Part shown: piece by piece, positions 11,705-21,263 of the stretch | Layout of the letters: each line of letters begins with the position of its first letter | Numbering within the stretch: the first letter of the stretch is position 1 | From: Vulcanimicrobiota bacterium | GTDB lineage: Bacteria > Vulcanimicrobiota > Vulcanimicrobiia > Vulcanimicrobiales > Vulcanimicrobiaceae | Assembly: GCA_963733295.1 (NCBI GenBank) | Contig: CAVTCS010000003.1 | Span: 1,376,001-1,440,000, forward strand | DNA: 64,000 nucleotides | Direction of reading: 5' to 3' | Notes under the pieces: generated by a model | What the model was told of the DNA's origin: nothing | Databases searched by the model: none | Seen by the model: only the letters and a program-made list of their open reading frames with translations | Position numbers and translations under genes: made by a program

Positions 11705-12800
11705 CCAGTGCTCCGTAGGCGAGCAGCCCTCCGTGCAGATGACGCAGCCGCCGAAAACCGGCCTCATGCAAACGTTGCGCAGCCCAGCGCGACACCTGTC
11801 CCAGACGACAGGCGACGACGTAGGTTTGGGCGGAGTCGAGTTCGTGCAAGCGCGCTTCGAGCTGCGTCGCCGGGATGTCGATCGATCCGGCGCGACGGCC
11901 CAGCACCGCTTCGTGCGGTTCGCGCACGTCCAGTAGCAGCGCGCCGGCGGTATCGCTCAAGAAAGCGTCCAGTTCGGCCGCCTCGATCTCCGGTACGCCA
12001 GGCTCGAGCGCCGGCGCCGACTCATCGGTGACGTCGAAGATCGTGCGCGACGCCCCGTGCAGCGGACACGCCGGATCGCTCGCAATCGCAACCTCGCGGA
12101 CTCGGGCGTCCAGAGCGTCGATCAGGAGCAGCCGGCCCGTCAACGGACGGCCAATCGCGAGGATGAACTTCAATGCTTCGTTCGCTTGCCACGTGCCGAC
12201 GAGACCGGCGAGGACTCCGAGCACGCCGCCCTCCGCGCAACTCGGCACGCTGCCGGCAGGCGGCGGCTCCGGAAACAAGCAGCGATAGCACGGACCTTCA
12301 GGGCCAAAAACGCTGACCTGTCCGTCGAAGCGAAAGATCGACCCGTACACGTCCGGTTTGCCCTCGAGACGGCACGCGTCGTTGATGAGATAGCGCGAAG
12401 CGAACGAATCGGTCGCGTCGATCACGACGTCGTACAGACGGATCAATTCACGGGCGTTGCTCGCGTCGAGGCGCAGCGCGATCGGATCGGCCACGACCCC
12501 AGGATTGATCGCGACGACGCGCTCGGCGGCTGCGGCGGCCTTCGGCCGGCCGATGTCCGAGGTCGCGTAGATGACTTGCCGCTGCAGGTTCGTCTCGTCG
12601 ACGTGGTCGTCGTCGACGATGCCGATGCGTCCGATACCCGCCGCGGCCAAATATTGCAGCACGGGCGTTCCAAGGCCTCCGGCGCCGACGCACAAGACTC
12701 GCGCGCGCGCGAGCTTCTCTTGTCCGGCGAGCCCGACTTCCGGGATCAACAGATGACGGCTGTAGCGCCGCAGCTCGCGCCGTCCGGCCAGCGTGCTCAT
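11682..12800 (-). CDS. moeB: Molybdopterin-synthase adenylyltransferase/sulfurtransferase (ThiF plus rhodanese)
   Basis: RYSRHLLIPEVG, GAGGLG, CYRC, SCAEGGVLG; rhodanese LLDVRE...CRLG. Confidence 0.92.
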   Translation of the reverse strand: MSTLAGRRELRRYSRHLLIPEVGLAGQEKLARARVLCVGAGGLGTPVLQYLAAAGIGRIGIVDDDHVDETNLQRQVIYATSDIGRPKAAAAAERVVAINPGVVADPIALRLDASNARELIRLYDVVIDATDSFASRYLINDACRLEGKPDVYGSIFRFDGQVSVFGPEGPCYRCLFPEPPPAGSVPSCAEGGVLGVLAGLVGTWQANEALKFILAIGRPLTGRLLLIDALDARVREVAIASDPACPLHGASRTIFDVTDESAPALEPGVPEIEAAELDAFLSDTAGALLLDVREPHEAVLGRRAGSIDIPATQLEARLHELDSAQTYVVACRLGQVSRWAAQRLHEAGFRRLRHLHGGLLAYGALDAAFDVF

Positions 12801-12822
12801 GCTGGAAGCATACCACGCCGCA

Positions 12823-13581
12823 CTAAAGTGCTTCGGCGCGAGCTGGAGGCTCGGCGATCTCCTCGCGCGGGTGCCGCTCGTTGAACCAAGCCAGGACGGT
12901 CGCTCGCGCGTTCTCGCCGGCGTAGGTATGATCGCTATCGATGCTGGCGAAGCTCTTCGGTTCCGGCGCGCGTTCGAAGAGCTCCTCGGCGCTGTCTCGG
13001 GTGACCATCATGTCGCGCTCCGCGGAAACGTAAAGAACCGGTCGTCCGGCCAATCGCGGTAGCGCCGCGCTAAGCCGCGGCGACATCTGTGCCGCCATAT
13101 CGGGAAGCGTCAAACCGTCGACGTAGGCCGAACGCAAATCGACCGTTCCGCGCAGGGACAACGCTTCGAGCGCGCTGGGGCGTCCGAGTCCGGTCGCGAT
13201 CGAGACTGCCCCGGCGACCCTCGGATCGTTCGCCGCCGCAACGAGCGCGGTCGCGGCACCCATGCTATGCCCGAGCGTATAGACGAGCGGCGTGTGGCGT
13301 TCGCGCAAGTACTCGACCGCCCTCGAGAGCGTCGCGAACAAGTCGTCGACGGACTCGAGGCGGCCGCCGCTTGCGCCGAGCTTATGCCCTGGAAAATCGA
13401 CGCTGAGCACGTTGAACCCGTGCGCCGCCAAAAAAGCGCACAACATGTCGAGATTCTGCTTCGAACTCGAGTAGCCGTGGCCGACGGCAATGCCCACCGC
13501 GCGAGCGCGCCGCGGTTCGTAGTCGAGCGCTGCGACGTTTTTGCCCGCGGCGGTCCGCAGCCTCAACAGTTCCAGTTTCAC
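12823..13581 (-). CDS. Alpha/beta hydrolase
   Basis: HGY oxyanion motif, GHSMG nucleophile elbow, C-terminal DH. Confidence 0.85.
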   Translation of the reverse strand: MKLELLRLRTAAGKNVAALDYEPRRARAVGIAVGHGYSSSKQNLDMLCAFLAAHGFNVLSVDFPGHKLGASGGRLESVDDLFATLSRAVEYLRERHTPLVYTLGHSMGAATALVAAANDPRVAGAVSIATGLGRPSALEALSLRGTVDLRSAYVDGLTLPDMAAQMSPRLSAALPRLAGRPVLYVSAERDMMVTRDSAEELFERAPEPKSFASIDSDHTYAGENARATVLAWFNERHPREEIAEPPARAEAL

Positions 13582-13999
13582 GTCTCGGTCGCGTTGACGC
13601 GCCAGGTAGGGGGCCCTTCGACGTAGTGTTCTTGTTTCCAGATTTGCACCCGGCGCTTGAGCTCGTCGATAACGAACTCGCAGGCGTCGAAAGCAACAGC
13701 GCGGTGCGGCGCCGCGACCGCGACAGCCACCGAGGCTTCACCGAGCGCGAGAACGCCGATGCGATGCGCGACCGCCACGCGGGCCTCCCCAAAGCGGCTC
13801 GCGGCTTCGGAGGCGATGACGCGCATCTCTTGCAACGCCATCTCGGGATAAGCTTGATAGGTCAACCCGGTGACGCGGCGTTCATCGTCCGAGGTCTCGC
13901 GCACGACGCCCAAAAAGGTCACGACGGCACCGCAGGCGTCGCTGCGCACCGCGGCGATCATGCCTCCAGGTCGAGGGGCTGCTCGGTAAGTTCGATCAT
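13578..13999 (-). CDS. moaE: Molybdopterin synthase large subunit (apparent 1-nt deletion near 13963)
   Basis: GAVVTFLGVVR, AHRIGVL, PHR, IWKQE; the N-terminal MIELTEQPLDLE from ATG 13999 is in a different frame. Confidence 0.9.
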
Positions 14000-14009
14000 C
14001 CTAATAATA

Positions 14010-14258
14010 TTAGCCGCCACCGTAGGGCGGAAGCAACGCCAGCTCGTCGTCTTCGCTCAGGCGCGCAAAGCGGTCGACGAGGCTTCCGTTGCGCGCGAGT
14101 CGCGTGGAGCGCTCGAGCTCGGCCAGAGGCGGGAACTCGGCTGCCAGGCCATCCCAGACGGCCCCTGCCGTCGCCCCCTCCGCGACGTCGCGCAGCAGGG
14201 TAGCTTCGCCGCCGAGGAGCTCGCGCAAGCGCGCGAACGCGACGACGCGCACGCGCAT
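14010..14258 (-). CDS. moaD: Molybdopterin synthase sulfur carrier
   Basis: VRVVAFARLRE...DELALLPPYGGG (C-terminal GG). Confidence 0.93.
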   Translation of the reverse strand: MRVRVVAFARLRELLGGEATLLRDVAEGATAGAVWDGLAAEFPPLAELERSTRLARNGSLVDRFARLSEDDELALLPPYGGG

Positions 14259-14515
14259 CAGTAACCGCCGAGATCGGTCGTGTAGTCGCGCGCCGCGAGC
14301 CAGGCGCGCGACTCTTCGTGAAGTCCGAGCAAGTCGATCCGGTTACAGATCAGCTTGTGCAGCATGACTTCCCAAAAGTGCCGGTCCTTGTCGTAGACGT
14401 CCTCCGGAAGAGCGTTGTGCTCGCGCGAGAAGTCGCGCAGACCTTCCCAGTCCCCAGCGGTCAAGATCACGCGCAGCGCAGCCTCGTACTCGAGGCTCGG
14501 TTCCCGCTCGTTCAC
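14258..14515 (-). CDS. Hypothetical protein
   Basis: 85-aa ORF overlapping both neighbours (GTGA and TGATG junctions). Confidence 0.7.
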   Translation of the reverse strand: MNEREPSLEYEAALRVILTAGDWEGLRDFSREHNALPEDVYDKDRHFWEVMLHKLICNRIDLLGLHEESRAWLAARDYTTDLGGY

Positions 14516-15318
14516 GCCGGCCGCTTTTGCGGCACCCCGAGGAATCGCTCGATGGCGAGTGCGACGCCGTCGTCCGAGTTCGACGCGGTGACGTAACGAA
14601 CGCTCTCTTTAACTTCCGGCTGAGCGTTTCCCATCGCTACGCCTACCCCGGCCCAGCGCAACATCGGCACGTCGTTGCGCGAATCCCCCACGGCCAGCAC
14701 GCGTTCCGGCAAGATTTGAAAGTCGGCGCAGAGGCGCGCCAGCGCGTTGCGCTTCGAAGCTTCGCGGCTGAGGACCGCGCACTCCGCGAAATCGCCCCAC
14801 GTCTCATAGCGGAAGTTTAGCGGTAAATCACCGAACTCGCGACGCATCGCTTCGACCGAATCGTGTCCGAGAAAGCGGATGAACGTCGGCGCCTCGTGCA
14901 TGACGTCGCTGAAGCTCTTCGCTTCGCGCCAGTGCGGCCCGCTCATGTCTTGCATGAACGCGTGGGTCCCTTCGAGACGCCAGAACAGTTCCTCGTAGTA
15001 GATCGCGATCGAGAGCCCGGTGCTTTCGGCGAACTCGACCATCGGCTTCGCGTATTGTAATGGAACCGGCAAGTGCACCAGCGTGCGGTTCGCGCCGAAG
15101 TCCTTGGTGAGCGCCCCGTGACAGCAGATCACCGGCAAGTTGAGGTCGAGTTCGCTCGAAATGCGAATCGGAAGATCGACGCCACGCCCGGTCACGAGGA
15201 CGATTCGAACGCCGCTTTCGAGGGCGCGCCGGATCGCTTGCCGGTTGCGCTCCGAGACCCGTTCTTCGGGATCGAGCAGGGTGCCGTCGAGGTCGAGGGC
15301 GATGAGGTCGATGCGCAT
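14512..15318 (-). CDS. Cof-type HAD-IIB hydrolase
   Basis: DLDGTLL, TGR, GDSRNDVPM, SNSDDGVA. Confidence 0.93.
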   Translation of the reverse strand: MRIDLIALDLDGTLLDPEERVSERNRQAIRRALESGVRIVLVTGRGVDLPIRISSELDLNLPVICCHGALTKDFGANRTLVHLPVPLQYAKPMVEFAESTGLSIAIYYEELFWRLEGTHAFMQDMSGPHWREAKSFSDVMHEAPTFIRFLGHDSVEAMRREFGDLPLNFRYETWGDFAECAVLSREASKRNALARLCADFQILPERVLAVGDSRNDVPMLRWAGVGVAMGNAQPEVKESVRYVTASNSDDGVALAIERFLGVPQKRPA

Positions 15319-15402
15319 GGGCGACGGGCAGCGTTATGGCTCGTTTGAGGCCGCTCCTTCGGGAGGCGCCGAACCGGACGCCGAGGCGCTATAATGGCTC
15401 GG

Positions 15403-15801
15403 ATGGGGAAACGACTGACGACCCTCGGACTCGCGCTCGCCTTGTCGCTCGGCCCGGCCGAAGCTGCGGTTCCCGAGGGTTGTTCGAGCGATACGTTTTC
15501 GATCGACGGCTCGGCGCTCACGGTGCAGCTCTGCACCGGTGGACCCTTTGCGAAAGCGCCCGCGACGCCGAAGCCCGGCTCGGCCTCGATCGTCGAGACG
15601 TTTTCCACGCACGACGCTTCGTTCTCGCAAACGACCAGCGTCGAATATTTAGCCGGCGCCGAGGTTTCGCGCACGCTCGACGACGTTTCGCTCGCGCGCT
15701 TGGGAATCTCCAAGACGCTCCACCTGACGATCGCCTACAAGCCGGGCAGCGCGAAGCTCGAACACGCGCTCCTCATTCCGGGCGCCGTCGTTCTGAAATA
15801 A
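15403..15801 (+). CDS. Hypothetical secreted protein
   Basis: Signal peptide (KRLTTLGLALALSLGPAEA); TATAAT ends 7 nt before ATG 15403. Confidence 0.7.
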   Translation: MGKRLTTLGLALALSLGPAEAAVPEGCSSDTFSIDGSALTVQLCTGGPFAKAPATPKPGSASIVETFSTHDASFSQTTSVEYLAGAEVSRTLDDVSLARLGISKTLHLTIAYKPGSAKLEHALLIPGAVVLK

Positions 15802-15927
15802 CCCCGCTGCGCAACCAGAGGCGTCCCCGAGCGTTTTTAGGCGGTTTATGAGGCGTTTGTACATCGCCTTCTCGAGTGCGAAGATTCCCTACTGTAGCCG
15901 TCCAGGCCGAGGGGCATAGCGAGAGCC

Positions 15928-17361
15928 ATGGGCTGTACCGCGCTCGACCCGACGATGACAGGCCGCGACCAAGTGCTCTTCCTCAACGAACACATCCCGG
16001 CGGGCCTTTACGGAGGCGTCGGAGTCGAGGAAAGCCGGGTGGCCTGGAGGCTCTCCCCGCAGCCCTTCGGACTCGCGCCGGCCACCCTGGCAGCCATCGA
16101 ACGCCTCGGTCCCGACCTTCTCGCTTTCTACCGCACGCTAGGGGCACTTTACCAGCGTAGCGCTCGCGGCACCGCTCCGGCCTTCATCGCCGGGTACCTC
16201 GACCGTGGAAAACCCGAGTCGATCGTGAAGCTGGGCCGCCAAAATCGCTTCAAGAGCGAGGTACCGGGCGTCATCCGTCCGGATCTCATTTTGACCGATG
16301 GCGGCTTCATCGCAGCCGAACTCGACAGCATTCCGGGCGGCATGGGGTTCGTCGGGGCGATGGCACGCGCGTACTGCGAGCTCGGCTACGACACGATCGG
16401 CGACGTCGACGGAATGGCGCGCGGGATGTCCGCCATGCTCGCCGCCTTGACCGGAAAAGACAAACCGGTAACGGCGATCGTCGTTTCGCAGGAGTCGAAC
16501 GACTACCGCCCCGAGTTGACGTGGCTCGCCGGAGCGATCAGCGCGCTGGGTCTCGGCGAAACGTTCGTCTGCCGGCCCGAAGAGATCGTCTTCACCGAAG
16601 AGGCGCTGTTCGTCCGCTTGGAGGGTGGGCGCGAAGAAAAGCTCGACGCCATCTACCGGAATTTCGAGCTGTTCGACCTCTTCAACGTTCCCAAGCAAGA
16701 GTTGATCTTGTACGCGGCGCGTCACAACCGCGTCAAGATGACGCCGCCGCCCAAGGCGCACTTCGAAGAGAAACTTGCCTTCGCGCTCTTGCACCATCCG
16801 CTCTTGGCGAAGCTTTGGAAAGCCGAACTCGGCGACGCCTTCGAACGCCTCAAAGTCATCTTTCCGCAAACCTGGGTGCTCGATCCGCGACCTGTGCCGC
16901 CTCAAGCCTCGATCGACGGACTGCGCGCGGCCGGCGAACCGGTCAACGACTGGATGCAGCTCGTGCCGCTCGGCAAAGGCGAGCGCGATTACGTCGTCAA
17001 GCCTTCCGGCTTCTCCGAACTGGCCTGGGGTTCGCGCGGCGTAAAGGTCGCGAACGACCTCCCGAAAGAGGAGTGGGCCGCGGCACTACGGGACGGGCTG
17101 GCGGCCTTCGACCGCACACCGTACATCCTGCAGCGCTTTCACAAGGGCAAACGGGTCACGGCCCCTTATTTCGACCGTGCCAAAGACGATATCGCGACGC
17201 TCGACGGGCGAGTCCGCCTAACCCCGTACTTTTTCTCAACCGGCGACACCGTGCAGCTCGGAGGAATTCTCGCGACGATCGCTGCCGCCGACAAACGCCT
17301 GATCCACGGCATGGCCGACGCGATCATGTCGCCCTGCAACGTCGTCGAGGGCGGTTACTAA
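15928..17361 (+). CDS. Circularly permuted ATP-grasp / glutathionylspermidine-synthase-like ligase
   Basis: IRPDL..., AELDSIPGGMG, YVVKP, WGSRGV, YILQRF. Confidence 0.65.
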   Translation: MGCTALDPTMTGRDQVLFLNEHIPAGLYGGVGVEESRVAWRLSPQPFGLAPATLAAIERLGPDLLAFYRTLGALYQRSARGTAPAFIAGYLDRGKPESIVKLGRQNRFKSEVPGVIRPDLILTDGGFIAAELDSIPGGMGFVGAMARAYCELGYDTIGDVDGMARGMSAMLAALTGKDKPVTAIVVSQESNDYRPELTWLAGAISALGLGETFVCRPEEIVFTEEALFVRLEGGREEKLDAIYRNFELFDLFNVPKQELILYAARHNRVKMTPPPKAHFEEKLAFALLHHPLLAKLWKAELGDAFERLKVIFPQTWVLDPRPVPPQASIDGLRAAGEPVNDWMQLVPLGKGERDYVVKPSGFSELAWGSRGVKVANDLPKEEWAAALRDGLAAFDRTPYILQRFHKGKRVTAPYFDRAKDDIATLDGRVRLTPYFFSTGDTVQLGGILATIAAADKRLIHGMADAIMSPCNVVEGGY

Positions 17362-17365
17362 AAGG

Positions 17366-17497
17366 TCAGCGCAACTTCTGCAAGGCGGAAGCGAGTGCCA
17401 CGCCGAGCGTCGCGCCCAGCGTAAGTCCGATCGCGGCGGTGCCGAACGCCGCTGCGCCCGCACCGAATAACATCGCAAGTCCTATCTCAGCGTGCAC
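17366..17497 (-). CDS. Small hydrophobic protein, 43 aa (below ORF-track cutoff)
   Basis: GTG start with upstream GAAGGG; MHAEIGLAMLFGAGAAAFGTAAIGLTLGATLGVALASALQKLR. Confidence 0.55.
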   Translation of the reverse strand: MHAEIGLAMLFGAGAAAFGTAAIGLTLGATLGVALASALQKLR

Positions 17498-17634
17498 AAT
17501 CTCGCCCTTCGCAACGGTGCCTTTTGCGCTTCTATCGTCAGGCAGCGGGCTTTCGCTTAGGGAAGATCGGCGATTTCCGGAGGTTCGGTAGTGAGAGTCG
17601 CCATTCTGCGCGGTGCATCACAATCTCGAAAGAG

Positions 17635-18783
17635 CTAAACGAGCGTCTTCGCTTTCGCTTGGGCGACCACGTCGAGCAGTGCGTCGATGTGCGCGGCGGT
17701 GTTGTGCCCGTGCGGCGAGGCGCGCACTCCCGTCCGCCGGTACGTCGTGACGACGCCCTCGCGGCCGAGCGCGCGTCCCAGTTCTAACGGATCGACTCCT
17801 GCGAGCGTGAAGGTCACGATCCCGGAGGCGCGCCCCGGACTCCGGTCGCTGGCGATCTCCGCGCCTAGTTCCTCGAGGCCGCTCACCAAGCGATCGGTCA
17901 ATCCGAGTACGTGCCGCGAAATTGCCGCCGTGCCGGCTTCGCTGATGACGGAAAGCGACGCATCGAGGGCCGCGATCCCGAGATAGTTCAACGTGCCGCC
18001 CTCGAAGCGCGCGCCGTCCGGCGCCAACGCTTGATCGTACTCGAGAAAATCCCAGATGTCGGCGACGTCGCGCCAGCCTCGCCAGCGCACGCGCAGCTGC
18101 TCGCGCAGCGCCGAGTCGACGTACAGGAAGCTGACGCCCGGCACGGCCAGCAGCCACTTCGCTCCGCCGGCATAGAGCGCGTCGATGCCCTCTCGCTTGA
18201 CGTCGAGCGGGAAGGCGCCGAGTGCTTGAATCGCGTCGACGCAAAAGATTGCGCCGCGCGCGTGCACCACCGCCGAAAGCGCCGCGAGGTCGTGACGATA
18301 GCCGTCGGCGAAACTGACCCACGAAACCGCGACCAGGCGCGTGCGCGCGGTCATCGTCGCGTCGAGCAGCTCCGGCGTCATGCGCCGGCCCGGCGCGTCG
18401 ATGAAACGAACGACGACGCCCGATTCGCGCAGAGCGAGCCAAGGCATCGCGTTCGCGCCGAACTCGTTCGCGCAGATGACGATCTCGTCGCCGGGCCGCC
18501 AATCGAGACCGCGCGCGACGACGTTCGCGCCGTCGCCGGTGTTGCGCAAGAACGAAATCTCGCCGGCACCGCCGCCTATGAAGTCGCCGACGCGCCGCCG
18601 GAAGCGATCGAGGTGCATCTCGACGGAAAGAAAACCGAGCACCCCACGTTGCATCTGACCGTCGATCAGTTCGACCATCGCATCCCGCGTGCGGCGCGGC
18701 AGCAACCCGGCAGCCGCGTGGTTCAGGTAGGCGATGCCCTGCCCCGGCGCAAATTCTTCCCCGCGGAGCGGCGGCCGGTTCAG
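17635..18783 (-). CDS. Class V PLP aminotransferase / cysteine desulfurase-like; putative CTG start
   Basis: YLNHAAAG, VDAIQALG, GGAKWLL, VRASPHGHN; CTGA overlap with the upstream stop. Confidence 0.88.
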   Translation of the reverse strand: MNRPPLRGEEFAPGQGIAYLNHAAAGLLPRRTRDAMVELIDGQMQRGVLGFLSVEMHLDRFRRRVGDFIGGGAGEISFLRNTGDGANVVARGLDWRPGDEIVICANEFGANAMPWLALRESGVVVRFIDAPGRRMTPELLDATMTARTRLVAVSWVSFADGYRHDLAALSAVVHARGAIFCVDAIQALGAFPLDVKREGIDALYAGGAKWLLAVPGVSFLYVDSALREQLRVRWRGWRDVADIWDFLEYDQALAPDGARFEGGTLNYLGIAALDASLSVISEAGTAAISRHVLGLTDRLVSGLEELGAEIASDRSPGRASGIVTFTLAGVDPLELGRALGREGVVTTYRRTGVRASPHGHNTAAHIDALLDVVAQAKAKTLV

Positions 18784-19664
18784 GTCGATGTCGGTGCCGG
18801 GAGCGTGCCGAGTGACGCAGGCGACGAAAGCAGCGGCGTTTCGGTGAGGAGCTTCGCGCGCAGCGCGTAGCTTCCGGGTCCGGCGGTGGCGAACCCGGGC
18901 CAAACGTCGCTGAAGCTCAGCGTGGCGTGCGGTTCGAAGGTCAGCGTCGTTTCGGCTTGGATAAACATCTTACCGGCGGTCGAATCCCAAACTTCCGCGC
19001 CGTTGCGAAAGACCAGAAAAGCTACGTGCGCACCGCTCGCGAATGTCGCGACCACCGGCGTTCCCGAACCGTTTGCGATGTCGACGCGAACGTGCAAGCC
19101 CGCGGCGTCGACCGAACCGGAGGCGGTCAAGCGCAGTGCCTGACCGAGCGAAGGTTGTAACGCGCCCCCCTCGTCCGTGAGCGACACCTGCGGCGAAGGT
19201 TCGCTCGCGCTGGGCAAGGGCGTTCGCGGCGGCCTGACGACGATCTGCGCGACGTGCGTCTGCCGATTGAGATGAAGGCGCGCTCCAGCGAGGCGCACGG
19301 CGACGGTCGAAATGGGCAGGTAGATCGTACCGTATGCGCGGAACGGCGCGCCCGGCAGCGTAACTTGAGCGCCCGACACGCGGGCCGCGGTACGGCCGAC
19401 GTGAAAATCGCCGGTCGCGTGCTGGATCGTAAGATGCACCGCGTCGCCCGAATAGGTCACGAGTCCGTCGAAGATCCGCGTAGCGCGCGCGGCGTCGATA
19501 AAGACGACGCCGTTGCGCTCGAGCGCATCCGGCGTTTTGGACGGCAACATTCCCCGCGCGTTCAATTCGAGCGAGTAACGAACGTCCGCGGCCGCAAAGG
19601 CGGACGCGAAACCGAGCGCGAGCGTGAAGCCGGCGAAGAGAACGGCGGCGGGCGGAGTTCTCAC
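18780..19664 (-). CDS. Secreted protein with copper amine oxidase N-terminal-like and BsuPI-like domains
   Basis: Signal peptide; PFRAYGTIYLPI; TFASGAHVAFLV...VWDSTAGKMFIQA. Confidence 0.65.
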   Translation of the reverse strand: MRTPPAAVLFAGFTLALGFASAFAAADVRYSLELNARGMLPSKTPDALERNGVVFIDAARATRIFDGLVTYSGDAVHLTIQHATGDFHVGRTAARVSGAQVTLPGAPFRAYGTIYLPISTVAVRLAGARLHLNRQTHVAQIVVRPPRTPLPSASEPSPQVSLTDEGGALQPSLGQALRLTASGSVDAAGLHVRVDIANGSGTPVVATFASGAHVAFLVFRNGAEVWDSTAGKMFIQAETTLTFEPHATLSFSDVWPGFATAGPGSYALRAKLLTETPLLSSPASLGTLPAPTST

Positions 19665-19675
19665 CCGGCAGCCTG

Positions 19676-20311
19676 CTAGGCGGCTCCCAACATCTCCTTT
19701 GTATGCCAAGCGATGTTCTGGGCGCGGTCGCCAACGCGCTCCATGTTCGTGAGTACGAAGAGCATGATGGTCCCCGCGCGTACGGTGTCGGGATCCGCCT
19801 GCATCTCTTGTTGCAAAGCATCGATGCCGCGATGGTACAAATTGTCGACCTCGTCGTCTTGATCGATGACGATGTCGGCGGTCTTCTCATCGCCCTCCGT
19901 GTACGCGCGCATCGCTTCGCGCAGCATCTCGATCGCGATCGCGGAGATCCGGCCGATCTCGACGCGCGCCGGACGGATCGCGACGTCGAAGAGCTTGATC
20001 GAGTTCTTTGAGATCTCGACGGCGTAGTCGCCGATCCGTTCGAGGTCGGTAACGATCTGCAACATCGCCGAAACCTGGCGCAGTTCGCCGGCGACCGGCT
20101 GTTGACGCCAGATGATCTCGATGCACGACGCCTCGACCCTGCGACGTAAGGAGTCGACGTCGTCGTCGCCGGCGATGACGCGTGCCGCCAGCGTGGTGTC
20201 CCGCTTCTCGAGCGAGTTCACCGAGGCGAGAAGCGCGTCACCGACGAGCGCGCCGAGGCGCACGACGTCGAGTCGCGCCTGCTCGAGAGCTTCATGGTAG
20301 GCTGCCCGCAT
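19676..20311 (-). CDS. phoU: Phosphate signalling protein PhoU
   Basis: QQPVAGELR, DLERIGDYA, MERVGDRAQNIA. Confidence 0.95.
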   Translation of the reverse strand: MRAAYHEALEQARLDVVRLGALVGDALLASVNSLEKRDTTLAARVIAGDDDVDSLRRRVEASCIEIIWRQQPVAGELRQVSAMLQIVTDLERIGDYAVEISKNSIKLFDVAIRPARVEIGRISAIAIEMLREAMRAYTEGDEKTADIVIDQDDEVDNLYHRGIDALQQEMQADPDTVRAGTIMLFVLTNMERVGDRAQNIAWHTKEMLGAA

Positions 20312-20380
20312 GGGTTGTCGTTCTCCAATCGATTCGACTTGGCTGCGCTAGCCGGGCGTTTGGGCGGCAGCAATCCTCGC

Positions 20381-20391
20381 GAGTATAGCAC
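20381..20391 (-). promoter_or_regulatory. Extended -10 element upstream of phoU
   Basis: GTGCTATACTC, identical to the 11-mer upstream of rpsB (2730-2740). Confidence 0.5.
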
Positions 20392-20431
20392 AATGCGAGG
20401 TGCGCTGAGGACCTACCCGGAAACCGAGCGC

Positions 20432-21220
20432 GTGAAAACCTACGAGACGATCGAGTCCGAGCGCGAGGGCGCCGTCACTCTCTTGCGTTTAAACCGGCCC
20501 AAAGTCCTTAATGCCCTTAACGTCTTAATGATTCGCGAGCTGCACGACGCGCTGAACGCGCTCGAAGCAGACGAATCGGTCCGAGCGGTCATCCTGACCG
20601 GTGCCGGCGAGCGCGCGTTTGCTGCGGGTGCCGACATCGGCGAGTTGAACGCGCTCGCGAACCCCCGCGAAGCGCACGAGTTCATACGCTTCGGGCAACT
20701 GGTGACGCTGCAGATGGAACGCGCGCGGTTCCCAATCCTGGCTGCCGTCAATGGCTTCGCTCTGGGCGGCGGCTGCGAACTGGCGATGGCTTGCGACATC
20801 CGGATCGCGAGCGAAAACGCAAAGTTCGGACAACCCGAAGTGAACCTCGGCCTGATGCCCGGCTACGGCGGGACGCAGCGCACCACTCGCTTGCTCGGCC
20901 GAGGCATGGCGATGTACCTGTGTTTAACGGGCGAAACGATCGACGCCGACGCAGCGCTCCGAGCCGGACTGGTTGAGAAGGTCGTGCCCGCCGCGGCTCT
21001 TTTAACGGAAGCCAAACGCATCGCAAACCTGATCGCCGAAAAGGCCCCGCTCGCGATTGCGGCAACGAAGCGCACGATCGAGGGCGGCGCCTCGCTTTCC
21101 GTCTCGAGCGGACTCGAAATCGAAGCGCTCAATTTCGCATCGCTCATCGCAACATCGGATTTCCGCGAAGGGACGAAGGCTTTCTTGGAAAAGAGGCGCG
21201 CCGAGTTCACCGGACGCTGA
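20432..21220 (+). CDS. Enoyl-CoA hydratase/isomerase
   Basis: FAAGADI, ALGGGCELAMACD, FGQPEVNLGLMPGYGGTQR. Confidence 0.93.
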   Translation: MKTYETIESEREGAVTLLRLNRPKVLNALNVLMIRELHDALNALEADESVRAVILTGAGERAFAAGADIGELNALANPREAHEFIRFGQLVTLQMERARFPILAAVNGFALGGGCELAMACDIRIASENAKFGQPEVNLGLMPGYGGTQRTTRLLGRGMAMYLCLTGETIDADAALRAGLVEKVVPAAALLTEAKRIANLIAEKAPLAIAATKRTIEGGASLSVSSGLEIEALNFASLIATSDFREGTKAFLEKRRAEFTGR

Positions 21221-21263
21221 CCCGGGAAGGCCGCGGTCGCCTCGCTTGCCAAGAAAGGTGCCG

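Noticed and set aside
17500..17620. Fluoride or c-di-GMP riboswitch upstream of the small ORF
   Set aside because: Only fragmentary resemblance; the conserved consensus motifs are absent
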